Shown here: positions 8,375-16,842 of the stretch, piece after piece
Layout of the letters: each line of letters opens with the position of its first letter
Numbering within the stretch: the stretch's first letter is position 1
IMG/VR virus record: IMGVR_UViG_2541047802_000008
Origin: a virus
Lineage: Duplodnaviria > Heunggongvirae > Uroviricota > Caudoviricetes
DNA length: 40,539 nt
Strand: one strand, 5' to 3'
Notes under the pieces: model-generated
Databases searched by the model: none
Told to the model about the DNA's origin: nothing
What the model saw: the letters and a program-made list of their open reading frames with translations, nothing else
Position numbers and translations under genes: made by a program

Positions 8375-8719
8375 ATGAGAAAACAGATACAGGCTCTTGG
8401 TCGACTCAAAACAGGCCAGATGAACAAAACAGAATCTGCGTATTGCCAGCACCTTGAGCAGCGTAAACGTGCAGGGGAAATCGCCTGGTATCGGTTCGAG
8501 GGTATCAAGCTGCGGTTAGCTGATAACACGTTTTATACGCCCGATTTCGCTGTGATGCTCGCCACCGGAGAGATGGAACTGCACGAAGTGAAAGGTTTCT
8601 GGACCGACGACGCCAGAGTGAAAACCAAAGTCGCCGCAGATCAGTATCCGTTCCGAATAATCGGGGTAACGGTTAAACCAAAGAAAGCAGGTGGCGGCTG
8701 GAACATCGAAGAGTTCTGA
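8375..8719 (+). CDS. Nuclease-fold phage protein (DUF1064 / VRR-NUC-like), nin-region gene
   Basis: 114 aa; pattern resembles small restriction-endonuclease-fold phage proteins; assignment from memory only. Confidence 0.45.
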   Translation: MRKQIQALGRLKTGQMNKTESAYCQHLEQRKRAGEIAWYRFEGIKLRLADNTFYTPDFAVMLATGEMELHEVKGFWTDDARVKTKVAADQYPFRIIGVTVKPKKAGGGWNIEEF

Positions 8720-8780
8720 ATCGACGATCTTTTTAGTTATCAATGTAATCAATAAGTTATGTGGATAAGCGAGGGTAAAG

Positions 8781-9713
8781 ATGGAAAGTAATATCAAAGG
8801 GTTAGTTGCCGCCGGGCATGAGATGGCTTCGGAACTGAAAGCAGAATGTGGTGCCGTTGATATGCGCAGTGTGGCAAAGCTGATCAGCGATTTGGCAACG
8901 CAACTGGAAGTGCAACTGGTGCGTGCTAATGCGCTGGCGGCGGGTACCTGTCAGCAACTGGCGCGTATCGTGCTGGCATCGCTGGAAGCAGAGCCTGTTC
9001 TGTATCAGTCCTGCACTCGCCCCACCTGGAATAGCGGTGTTCCGTGGACGGAATGGAAAGAACGTAGTCGTGAGTGCTACGAAGACGATTTGCGTTTTAC
9101 AGACACGCCTGACCATGCCGGTTGGATATACAAATGTCGAAAACTATATACCACTCCGCCAGCGCCGATAGCGTTAGAGGCCATTGAAAACGCAATTGAA
9201 TACATTCGTAGTATCGCTTTTCACATCGATGAAGACGATTACCACGGCAAACATATTGCGTATTTCATGCGACAAGCATTGGCCTGGCTGGAAGGGCATT
9301 CATGCAGCGACGACAGACTGGGTAAAGCCGACAATCAACCAGTACGCGGCAACCAGGCTGCCGAATCCAATCGCGGTAATGAGTGGACCGGCAATCCTGA
9401 TATTGATAACGCAATCATCATGCTCGACCGCATAGATACGGCGGAAAGTTACGATGATGACCGTATTGAGGCTGTTAAGGCTGTTTTGCGTAGACTGGCA
9501 GGCAACTCTCCGGTAACTCCGGATGGTTGGATAAGCTGTAGTGAGCGAATGCCCCCTCAAGATGATTGGATTTTAATTTATTCAAAGCACGGCGAGTATA
9601 TGGCAGGACAGGTACAAGGGGAATACGTGGAGTTGAGCGACGGCACTTTATCGTGGTTAGGGAACGCCTTGTTCTGGATGCCGCTACCAGAACCGCCGCA
9701 GGAGGCGAAATGA
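8781..9713 (+). CDS. DUF551-domain phage protein (C-terminal DUF551, N-terminal region unknown)
   Basis: C-terminal MPPQDDWILIY...WMPLPEPP is the typical DUF551 signature of lambdoid nin-region proteins. Confidence 0.6.
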   Translation: MESNIKGLVAAGHEMASELKAECGAVDMRSVAKLISDLATQLEVQLVRANALAAGTCQQLARIVLASLEAEPVLYQSCTRPTWNSGVPWTEWKERSRECYEDDLRFTDTPDHAGWIYKCRKLYTTPPAPIALEAIENAIEYIRSIAFHIDEDDYHGKHIAYFMRQALAWLEGHSCSDDRLGKADNQPVRGNQAAESNRGNEWTGNPDIDNAIIMLDRIDTAESYDDDRIEAVKAVLRRLAGNSPVTPDGWISCSERMPPQDDWILIYSKHGEYMAGQVQGEYVELSDGTLSWLGNALFWMPLPEPPQEAK

Positions 9714-9970
9714 TGGATGTAAAAGAGAAGGTTTTGCAGGTGATGCGTTCCCGGGCTGCCCTGCAAGATAAAGCTCTCGGCGGGGAATATCCATTCAGGA
9801 TGGCAACCTGGAATCTGCGGTTGGCAATGGAGAAGGAATTTCCTGATGAAGAATGGCGTTCGGCAGATTTGCGCAAAATTCTTATGGAGCTGGCTAAAGA
9901 CGGAACAGTATCCAAAGATACCCATGCCAGCCGGATTGGTCAGGCGGTATGGAGACTGGAGGTGAGGTAA
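9710..9970 (+). CDS. Hypothetical protein (86 aa)
   Basis: ATG 9710 overlaps the previous stop (ATGA) with GGAGG upstream; translationally coupled gene chain. Confidence 0.5.
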   Translation: MMDVKEKVLQVMRSRAALQDKALGGEYPFRMATWNLRLAMEKEFPDEEWRSADLRKILMELAKDGTVSKDTHASRIGQAVWRLEVR

Positions 9971-10251
9971 TGGCTAACCTGCAACTTGCCGTTAAAGGTG
10001 AATACTTCGATGCCATGATTCGCGGGGAGAAAACGGAAGAGTATCGCCTGTGTAATGACTACTGGAATAAGCGCCTCGTTAACCGTAAGTATTACCGCCT
10101 GATTATCACAAAGGGATATCCGAAGCGCGAAGACTTCAGTCGCAGAATTGACGTCCCGTATAACGGATATGAAATAAAAACAATCACACATCCGCACTTC
10201 GGTGATAAACCGGTAAAGGTGTTCGCGATAAAGGTAAATATTGATGGCTAA
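9970..10251 (+). CDS. Hypothetical protein, possible ASCH/PUA-like fold (93 aa)
   Basis: GGTGAGG SD and TAATG overlap with the previous gene; N-terminal LQLAVKGEYFDAMIRGEKTEEYR resembles ASCH-domain proteins (low certainty). Confidence 0.4.
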   Translation: MANLQLAVKGEYFDAMIRGEKTEEYRLCNDYWNKRLVNRKYYRLIITKGYPKREDFSRRIDVPYNGYEIKTITHPHFGDKPVKVFAIKVNIDG

Positions 10252-10582
10252 ATCAGCAGCAGAGCGCAAAGCCGCTCAGAGAGCCAGACAAGCTGCATCT
10301 GGTGTGCGTAAGCTGGAGATTGTGCTTGATGCTCAGGAAATTGAAATGCTGGAGCGTAACTGTGCCACACGTCGCCCCGGGCGTGCGCCTTACGAATTTG
10401 GTGAGTATATTGCGTTACTGATCCGCCAGGATGATGCACGCGTGCGCGGGCGTATAAAATCGATCAGCAGAAAACGTTGCGGTAAGTGTGGCGAGAGAGT
10501 TCCTGTGAATTCATGCCCGTGTAATGGTGACTCGCAATGCTGGGTGACCAAAGGCTGGCATGAAACGAAATTAATATTGTGA
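10244..10582 (+). CDS. Hypothetical protein with C-terminal Cys4 zinc-ribbon (112 aa); candidate late-gene regulator
   Basis: AAGGTAAA SD before ATG 10244; C-terminal CGKCGERVPVNSCPCNG; last gene before a promoter/terminator region preceding the terminase genes. Confidence 0.5.
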   Translation: MAKSAAERKAAQRARQAASGVRKLEIVLDAQEIEMLERNCATRRPGRAPYEFGEYIALLIRQDDARVRGRIKSISRKRCGKCGERVPVNSCPCNGDSQCWVTKGWHETKLIL

Positions 10583-10590
10583 CATGTCAC
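10579..10590. repeat. 12-bp perfect palindrome GTGACATGTCAC (copy 1 of 3)
   Basis: Exact palindrome overlapping the stop codon of the 10244..10582 gene. Confidence 0.7.
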
Positions 10591-10631
10591 GAGTGGGTTA
10601 TGCATGATGAATTTGATGGGCTTTGAATACT

Positions 10632-10658
10632 GCCGCCAACTATGGCGGCTTTATTTTG
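10632..10658 (+). terminator. Rho-independent terminator upstream of the terminase genes (tR'-like)
   Basis: GCCGCC-AACTAT-GGCGGC hairpin followed by TTTATTTTG; lies inside the N-terminal extension of the ORF-track terminase-small ORF, arguing for the later start. Confidence 0.55.
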
Positions 10659-10668
10659 CATGGTACTA

Positions 10669-10683
10669 TTACCACAACGGTAA
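10669..10683. promoter_or_regulatory. Operator-like dyad TTACC-ACAAC-GGTAA immediately upstream of the terminase small subunit gene
   Basis: Perfect dyad 18 nt before ATG 10701, followed by an imperfect copy (TTACC-ACGGT-GGTTA) at 10687..10701. Confidence 0.5.
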
Positions 10684-10700
10684 CTATTACCACGGTGGTT

Positions 10701-11297
10701 ATGATGCCTGCTGAACCTAAAACCTATAAACGCAAATCAACGCAATTTAAGCCACTAACAGCAATGCAGGAGGCTTATTGCCAGTCATACATCAAAACTC
10801 CTGAAAACCAGACTCAGGCAGCGATTAACGCAGGATTCTCCCCAAATACAGCGGCAGTTAAAGCCAGTGTCATGATGCGCGATGAACGCATTCAAAAACG
10901 CATTGCCGAGTTGATGGAGGAGCGCAACAAACGAATGCGCGTCAGTGCTGATTACGTTCTCATGCGCCTGGTGGAGATCGACCAGATGGACGTGATTGAT
11001 ATCCTCAACGACGATGGGAGCCTTAAGCCAATCCGCGAGTGGCCGAAAATCTGGCGCACTACGCTTAGCGGCTTTGATCTGTCATCGACCATCATGAACA
11101 TGAACGAGGATTCGATAGAGACAATCCTCAAAAAAATTAAATGGCCTGACAAGGTGAAGAACCTCGAGCTTATCGGTAAGCACGTCGACGTCAACGCGTT
11201 CAAAGAGCGCCTGGATGTTAATGTGAATGTGACAATTGCTGATCGCATAGCAGCAGCCAGGAAGAGACTGAAAGAACGTCAGGATGGCAATCAGTGA
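10701..11297 (+). CDS. Terminase small subunit
   Basis: Translation LTAMQEAYCQSYIKTPENQTQAAINAGFSPNTAAVKASVMMRDERIQKRIAEL matches the Terminase_2-type small subunit pattern; directly precedes and overlaps the large subunit gene. Confidence 0.75.
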   Translation: MMPAEPKTYKRKSTQFKPLTAMQEAYCQSYIKTPENQTQAAINAGFSPNTAAVKASVMMRDERIQKRIAELMEERNKRMRVSADYVLMRLVEIDQMDVIDILNDDGSLKPIREWPKIWRTTLSGFDLSSTIMNMNEDSIETILKKIKWPDKVKNLELIGKHVDVNAFKERLDVNVNVTIADRIAAARKRLKERQDGNQ

Positions 11298-12769
11298 CAG
11301 ATGCAGCGTTATCTCCTGAAGAGCAGTTGATCGAGGATATTGCAGGGTTCACTCACGATCCGCTTGGCTATGCCCTCTATGCGTTCCCGTGGGGGGAAGA
11401 GGGTACTGAACTGGCACATGCCACCGGTCCACGTCAGTGGCAGGCCGATGCGTTCCGAGAGATACGTGATCACCTGCAGAATCCAGAGACGCGATATCAG
11501 CCGCTTATGCTGGCACGTGCTTCTGGTCACGGTATTGGTAAATCCGCATTCATCTCAATGCTGATCAACTGGGGCATGTCCACTTGCGAGGATTGTAAGG
11601 TTGTGGTGACCGCCAACACCGACAACCAGCTACGAACGAAGACCTGGCCGGAAATTATCAAGTGGTCGAACCTTGCTATCACGAAAGACTGGTTTACCTG
11701 TACCGCTACCGCGATGTACAGCAATGATCCTGGACACGACAAGCGGTGGCGAGCTGACGCAATCCCCTGGTCTGAGCACAACACTGAGGCATTCGCCGGA
11801 CTACACAACGAGCGCAAACGCATCATCGTGGTATTCGATGAAGCGTCGAACATTGCGGATCTGGTGTGGGAAGTTGCCGAGGGTGCACTAACGGACGAAG
11901 ACACTGAGATTATCTGGGTGGCGTTCGGAAACCCGACGCGTAATACCGGACGTTTCCGCGAATGTTTCCGCAAATATAAACACCGCTGGAAAACTGCGCA
12001 GATTGACAGCCGAACGGTGGAAGGCACTAACAAACAGCAGTTGCAGAAATGGGTTGATGACTACGGGGAAGACAGCGACTTCGTTAAAATCCGTGTGCGC
12101 GGCATATTCCCTGATGCATCTGAATTGCAGTTTATCCCTACCGGTCTTACTGATGAGGCAATGAAACGGGTGGTAACCGCTGCGCAGGTGGCGCATGCTC
12201 CGGTGATAATCGGCGTTGACCCTGCATACTCCGGTGTTGATGACGCGGTGATATACCTGCGGCAGGGGCTGCACAGTAAGGTGCTGTGGACCGGCAACAA
12301 GACCACTGACGATCTGATTATGGCAAAGCGTATCGCTGACTTTGAAGACCAGTATCAGGCTGACGCGGTGTTCATCGACTTCGGTTACGGTACCGGGCTG
12401 AAGTCAATCGGTGACGGTTGGGGGCGCACATGGCAACTTGTTCCGTTCGGTGGCGCGTCTACTGACCCGCAGATGCTCAACAAGCGTGGGGAGATGTTCA
12501 ATTCATGCAAGACATGGCTGAGGCTGGGCGGCATGCTGGATGACCAGGAAACAGCAGACGACCTGTCGGCGGCAGAGTACAAAGTTCGAGTGGACGGTAA
12601 AATCGTTATCGAACCGAAGGAAGATATCAAGGAGCGGCTTGGGCGTTCACCGGGTAAAGGCGATGCGCTACTGCTGACGTTTGCGTTCCCTGTGTCTAAG
12701 CGTCTGCGAATTCCCGGGCAGCAGAACCAGCAAGGCAAGGCCATCACAGATTACGATCCCTATGCTTAA
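11294..12769 (+). CDS. Terminase large subunit (ATPase/nuclease)
   Basis: 491 aa; GTG start overlapping the small-subunit stop (GTGA); Walker-A-like GHGIGKS; typical position and size. Confidence 0.88.
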   Translation: MTDAALSPEEQLIEDIAGFTHDPLGYALYAFPWGEEGTELAHATGPRQWQADAFREIRDHLQNPETRYQPLMLARASGHGIGKSAFISMLINWGMSTCEDCKVVVTANTDNQLRTKTWPEIIKWSNLAITKDWFTCTATAMYSNDPGHDKRWRADAIPWSEHNTEAFAGLHNERKRIIVVFDEASNIADLVWEVAEGALTDEDTEIIWVAFGNPTRNTGRFRECFRKYKHRWKTAQIDSRTVEGTNKQQLQKWVDDYGEDSDFVKIRVRGIFPDASELQFIPTGLTDEAMKRVVTAAQVAHAPVIIGVDPAYSGVDDAVIYLRQGLHSKVLWTGNKTTDDLIMAKRIADFEDQYQADAVFIDFGYGTGLKSIGDGWGRTWQLVPFGGASTDPQMLNKRGEMFNSCKTWLRLGGMLDDQETADDLSAAEYKVRVDGKIVIEPKEDIKERLGRSPGKGDALLLTFAFPVSKRLRIPGQQNQQGKAITDYDPYA

Positions 12770-12843
12770 TCCGCTTGAGGGGATAATGTTGTTGATATCC
12801 TCTGATGAGGATAAAACAAAGCCAGCTCATAGGCTGGCTGTTT

Positions 12844-12855
12844 GTGATATGTCAC
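12844..12855. repeat. 12-bp palindrome variant GTGATATGTCAC (copy 2 of 3, one mismatch)
   Basis: Between the terminase large gene and the convergent Gp49-like gene. Confidence 0.5.
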
Positions 12856-12859
12856 GGTG

Positions 12860-13234
12860 TTATTGCTCGCTTAACTTCTGCTTCAGCAAGTAACCTTCAA
12901 GCATCCAGATTTTGTTTACAGCATTCTGTCGGGCAATCTTCCGACCAATTTCTGCATCAAAGTTTTCCGGGCTTGCACAGGCGCTCTCTCCGGTGACGGT
13001 GAAGCCGTTGCGCAGCACCAGGACGCAGAAAGTGAGAAGGTGCAGAGCATCAGGGGTGGCTTCGACATAAGGCTCTGGATTATAAATAAGGTCATCTTCT
13101 TTAGCCTGATGATCCCCCTGCGCAGCAGTAAAAAAATGCTCACTGCAAATGAGACCTTCAATTTTCTCAGGAGTTACACGAGGTGCCGTTTTACCTTTCT
13201 CAACGATTTCTTTTTCGATTTGCTGGTCGTTCAT
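12860..13234 (-). CDS. Gp49-like phage protein (conserved, unknown function)
   Basis: 124 aa; AAGGTGAG SD before ATG 13234; C-terminal FDAEIGRKIARQNAVNKIWMLEGYLLKQ resembles N15 gp49-family proteins (from memory). Confidence 0.5.
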   Translation of the reverse strand: MNDQQIEKEIVEKGKTAPRVTPEKIEGLICSEHFFTAAQGDHQAKEDDLIYNPEPYVEATPDALHLLTFCVLVLRNGFTVTGESACASPENFDAEIGRKIARQNAVNKIWMLEGYLLKQKLSEQ

Positions 13235-13245
13235 AATCTCACCTT

Positions 13246-13269
13246 AAAAAAATGCCCGGCGAACCGGGC
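13246..13269 (-). terminator. Rho-independent terminator downstream of the tRNA (minus strand)
   Basis: Plus-strand AAAAAAA-TGCCCGGCGAACCGGGC; on the minus strand the GCCCGG/CCGGGC hairpin is followed by a U7 run. Confidence 0.5.
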
Positions 13270-13438
13270 GAACTGGAAGCAATGAGTTATGCCTTCCGTG
13301 GCTGTACTGGTTTACAGCATGAAGTCATCGCAATGGCGTCCTGCTGTAAAAAGGGCAAGGGCGGTGATAGTCCTTCAAGGGAAACCATCACCGCCAAGCA
13401 CCTGGAACTTCTGGCATCACGGTCCTTAGGCGTGATTC

Positions 13439-13515
13439 TGGCGTGGCATGCAGGATTCGAACCTGCGACCAACCGCTTAGAAGGCGGTTGCTCTGTCCAA
13501 CTGAGCTAATGCCAC
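13439..13515 (-). tRNA. tRNA-Arg (anticodon UCU, reads AGA), phage-encoded, CCA encoded
   Basis: Reverse complement folds as a cloverleaf: acceptor GTGGCAT/ATGCCAC, D-arm GCTC...GAGC, anticodon stem ACCGC/GCGGT with loop CTTCTAA, T-arm GCAGG-TTCGAAT-CCTGC, discriminator G, CCA. Related to but distinct from host argU as recalled. Confidence 0.9.
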
Positions 13516-13837
13516 AACGCTGAGAGCACTTAGCCTGTTAAGGCGCCACACTTTGTCGCGGCTCCATAAATGCTCTCATCGTTGTACCCTCGTCTCTTCC
13601 GAGGCGTCACACCGAATCGCCGGGATGGTGAATCCCCGTGCGCGGAATAAAACCGCTCGACTTGCACATTCCGGCTACCTGGTTCGTTTGCCACAGCCAG
13701 GGAGGGTGCCCCTTAAACGTATCCAGACCGCTATCGGCGCATGTGCCATACGCCGTACTGCTCAAAATAAAAGCTCACTCCACCTGTTTAATTTAACGAC
13801 AAGCCAGTCAGGTTAGTAACCAGAATGAGCCCTTTGG

Positions 13838-13852
13838 TTACCTGAAAGGTAA
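13838..13852. promoter_or_regulatory. Operator-like dyad TTACC-TGAAA-GGTAA upstream of the virion gene cluster
   Basis: Perfect dyad about 90 nt before ATG 13943; followed by a TTAACGCGTTAA palindrome at 13856..13867. Confidence 0.5.
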
Positions 13853-13942
13853 TAATTAACGCGTTAAATGTCAACCTTCTACGATAAATAAATCATATGT
13901 GGTTAAATTGGTAATAATTTAATTGCGTACGGAGTCATTGAT

Positions 13943-14149
13943 ATGTGCATGGGTAGCTCACCATCAGTGCCTGCAACACCAGAAGTTCAGGCAGCACCAC
14001 AGGAGCAGGATGCCGCCGTTGTTGATGCCCGCGACGAAGAAACACGTCGCCGTCGCGCTGCTGCTGGTCGTAGTTCTACGCTGCTTACCGGTTCTCAGGG
14101 CGACACATCAACCGCTAATACCAGCGGTAAAACGCTGCTTGGTCAGTAA
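13943..14149 (+). CDS. Small hypothetical protein (68 aa) preceding the portal gene
   Basis: Strong RBS context GGAGTCATTGATATG, nearly identical to the portal initiation region GGAGTCATTGAAATG. Confidence 0.45.
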   Translation: MCMGSSPSVPATPEVQAAPQEQDAAVVDARDEETRRRRAAAGRSSTLLTGSQGDTSTANTSGKTLLGQ

Positions 14150-14163
14150 CCGGAGTCATTGAA

Positions 14164-15843
14164 ATGGCGGAAACAACTAAAGAGCGATTGAACAAACAGT
14201 TCGCACAACTTGAAAGCGAGCGTCAGTCGTTCGAGCCGCACTGGCGCGAGTTGAGTGATTACATCAACCCGCGTGGTTCCCGCTTTCTGACTTCTGAAGT
14301 CAACCGTAACGATCGACGCAATACACGCATTATTGATTCGACCGGGACTATGGCGGCGCGCACTCTCGCCAGCGGCATGATGTCAGGCATCACAAGCCCT
14401 GCGCGTCCGTGGTTTCGCCTGGCTACGCCAGATCCTGAAATGATGGATTATGGTCCTGTTAAGTTGTGGCTCGAGGCGGTGCAGAACCGCATGAACGATA
14501 TGTTCAATAAGTCGAATCTCTACCAGTCTCTTCCGCAGTTATACGGAAGCCTCGGCACATACAGCACTGGTGCAATGGCGGTGCTGGAGGATGACGAGGA
14601 CATCATTCGCACAATGCCATTCCCGATAGGCAGTTACTACCTGGCTAACTCACCTCGTGGCAGTGTGGACACCTGTTTTCGCAAGTTCTCTATGACTGTT
14701 CGTCAGCTTGTTCAGGAGTTCGGGCTAAATAACGTCAGCGAATCCGTAAAAAGCATGTGGGAAAGCGGCACCTACGAGAAGTGGATTGAAGTGATGCATT
14801 CGGTTTACCCGAACATTGACCGCGATACATCGAAGCTGGATAGCAAGAACAAGCCATTCAAATCGGTTTATTACGAGGTTGGTGGCGATAACGACAAGTT
14901 GTTGCGTGAGTCCGGATTCGATGAGTTTCCAATTATGGCTCCGCGCTGGGAAGTTAACGGCGAAGATGTTTATGGATCATCATGCCCGGGTATGCTGGCG
15001 CTTGGACCTGTTAAGGCATTGCAGCTTCTCCAGAAGCGCAAGTCGCAGTTGATTGATAAAGCCACCAATCCGCCGATGGTTGCTCCGACTTCCCTCAAGA
15101 ATCAGCGCGCCTCCCTTCTTCCTGGCGACATCACGTATATCGATCAGATTACTGGTCAGGATGGTTTCAGGCCTGCTTATCTGGTTAACCCCAGTACAGC
15201 AGATTTGGTGGCAGACATTCAGGACACTCGTCAAATCATTAACAGCGCCTACTTTGTCGATCTGTTCATGATGTTGCAGAACATCAATACCCGCTCGATG
15301 CCTGTGGAAGCGGTGATCGAAATGAAAGAAGAAAAACTTCTGATGTTGGGGCCGGTTCTGGAGCGCCTGAACGACGAATGTCTTAATCCTCTCATTGACC
15401 GCTCTTTCTCGATGATGGTGCGTAAAAACATGCTGCCGCCACCGCCAGACGTGATGGAAGGTATGCCCCTGAAGGTCGAATACATTTCCGTCATGGCTCA
15501 GGCGCAGAAGTCTATCGGCCTGTCCAGTCTGGCGTCCACGGTTAACTTCATTGGTCAACTTGCGCAAGCGAAACCAGAAGCTCTCGACAAACTCAACGTT
15601 GATCAGGCGATCGATGCATTCGCTGATATGTCCGGAGTGTCTCCAACCGTCATTGTTCCGCAGGAACAGGTTGAGCAGGCTCGCCAGCAACGGGCACAGC
15701 AACAACAGCAGCAACAAATGATGGCGATGGGGATGGCGGCGGCACAGGGTGCCAAGACGCTAAGCGAAGCTAAAACTTCGGATCCGAGTGTTTTGTCAGC
15801 TATGGCGAATGCAGTTAGTGGTCAGGGTGGGCAATCACAATGA
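14164..15843 (+). CDS. Portal (head-to-tail connector) protein, T7 gp8-like
   Basis: 559 aa; N-terminus and the Gln/Ala/Met-rich C-terminal tail (QQQQQQQMMAMGMAAAQGA) parallel T7 gp8 as recalled. Confidence 0.85.
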   Translation: MAETTKERLNKQFAQLESERQSFEPHWRELSDYINPRGSRFLTSEVNRNDRRNTRIIDSTGTMAARTLASGMMSGITSPARPWFRLATPDPEMMDYGPVKLWLEAVQNRMNDMFNKSNLYQSLPQLYGSLGTYSTGAMAVLEDDEDIIRTMPFPIGSYYLANSPRGSVDTCFRKFSMTVRQLVQEFGLNNVSESVKSMWESGTYEKWIEVMHSVYPNIDRDTSKLDSKNKPFKSVYYEVGGDNDKLLRESGFDEFPIMAPRWEVNGEDVYGSSCPGMLALGPVKALQLLQKRKSQLIDKATNPPMVAPTSLKNQRASLLPGDITYIDQITGQDGFRPAYLVNPSTADLVADIQDTRQIINSAYFVDLFMMLQNINTRSMPVEAVIEMKEEKLLMLGPVLERLNDECLNPLIDRSFSMMVRKNMLPPPPDVMEGMPLKVEYISVMAQAQKSIGLSSLASTVNFIGQLAQAKPEALDKLNVDQAIDAFADMSGVSPTVIVPQEQVEQARQQRAQQQQQQQMMAMGMAAAQGAKTLSEAKTSDPSVLSAMANAVSGQGGQSQ

Positions 15844-16136
15844 CAGATTACGAAGACGATCAACTGAAAGAAGAAAACGCCCGTAAGCAACGTGACATGG
15901 CACAGCGTGAAATTGATGACATTTGCTTTGTCATGAGCAGTGAACAGGGGCGTCGCGTTGTCTGGTCGGTGCTGGAGAAAGGCCGTGTGTTTTCCGCTAT
16001 CTCACCGATGGACGCTATGGCAATGGCATTTAATGAGGGGCAACGCAATCTGGCGCTGGAACTGTTTCAGCGCGTTATGGCGCATTGCCCTGAACAGTAT
16101 TTGAAGATGGCCAAAGAGGCCAGTGAACAGGAGTGA
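15840..16136 (+). CDS. Hypothetical head-assembly-region protein (98 aa)
   Basis: ATGA overlap with the portal stop; coupled in the late operon. Confidence 0.5.
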   Translation: MTDYEDDQLKEENARKQRDMAQREIDDICFVMSSEQGRRVVWSVLEKGRVFSAISPMDAMAMAFNEGQRNLALELFQRVMAHCPEQYLKMAKEASEQE

Positions 16137-16138
16137 TC

Positions 16139-16834
16139 ATGAATTTATTTGAGCGTTTGCTGTATCGCCGTCTTTGCAATGAGCAACCAGTCGATGGTGG
16201 AGCAGCTCCGGCTGCGTCAGAACCGTCAGCGCCTGCAGGTGATAACCCTGCTCCAGTTGGTGATCCATCACAACAGGAAGGTGATAAGCCACAACCTGTT
16301 GCTGATGGCGATAAACCTGATGATGAAAAAAAATCTGAAAACGATAAGCAGGGTGAAAAAAAGGACGGCGATAAACCAGAGGGTGCGCCGGAGAAGTACG
16401 AATTTCATGCTGCCGAAGGCGTAGAGCTGGATACAGAAGCGTTGAAGGAATTCGAGCCGGTGGCGCGAGAACTAAACCTGACCAACGAGCAAGCGCAAAA
16501 GCTGGTTGATGCTTATCCGAAGATTCTGGCAGGTGTGCAGCAGCGCCAGGCAGAAGCCTGGCAGAAAACAACCGAGCAGTGGGCTGCTGATGTAAAAGCT
16601 GACAAAGAAATTGGTGGCGACAAGTTGATTTCTAACCTTAGCGCCGCACAGCGTGCGCTTGACCAGTTCGGGACACCCGAGCTCAAAGAATATCTGAACA
16701 CCACCGGGCTGGGTAATCACCCTGATCTGGTCAAAACGTTCGTGAAAATCGGAAAGGCGATGTCTGAAGATGGCATGGTCACCGGTGGTAATGAAGGCCA
16801 GCGTAGTGCGGCCGAAGTGCTCTATGGCAAATAA
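16139..16834 (+). CDS. Scaffolding protein candidate (acidic, low-complexity)
   Basis: GGAG SD before ATG 16139; Pro/Asp/Glu/Lys-rich N-terminal half; located between portal and major capsid as in T7 (gp9). Confidence 0.6.
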   Translation: MNLFERLLYRRLCNEQPVDGGAAPAASEPSAPAGDNPAPVGDPSQQEGDKPQPVADGDKPDDEKKSENDKQGEKKDGDKPEGAPEKYEFHAAEGVELDTEALKEFEPVARELNLTNEQAQKLVDAYPKILAGVQQRQAEAWQKTTEQWAADVKADKEIGGDKLISNLSAAQRALDQFGTPELKEYLNTTGLGNHPDLVKTFVKIGKAMSEDGMVTGGNEGQRSAAEVLYGK

Positions 16835-16842
16835 GAGAGGAA

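Noticed and set aside
10579-10590. CRP-binding site interpretation of GTGACATGTCAC
   Set aside because: TGTGA and TCAC(A) half-sites are present but are not separated by the 6-bp spacer of a CRP site.
10623-10700. Upstream start (10623) for the terminase small subunit
   Set aside because: The N-terminal extension would be translated through an intrinsic terminator and operator dyads and encodes a Thr/Ile repeat artefact; ATG 10701 preferred.
11527-12033. 168-aa antisense ORF inside the terminase large subunit gene
   Set aside because: Embedded antisense in a confidently assigned gene.
13270-13438. Second tRNA gene next to tRNA-Arg
   Set aside because: The segment is structured but no cloverleaf with a proper T-loop and acceptor stem could be built by hand; left as unassigned structured RNA.
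13252-13509. ORF-track ORFs 13252..13509 (+) and 13287..13472 (-) in the tRNA region
   Set aside because: They overlap the tRNA-Arg gene and its terminator, lack an RBS and sit in GC-rich structured sequence; treated as non-coding.
13553-13816. 87-aa ORF upstream of the tRNA
   Set aside because: No SD, improbable Arg/Ser-rich composition, located in the likely tRNA promoter/leader region.
14980-15717. 245-aa antisense ORF inside the portal gene
   Set aside because: Entirely embedded antisense to a well-supported gene; His/Arg-rich low-complexity translation typical of a shadow ORF.
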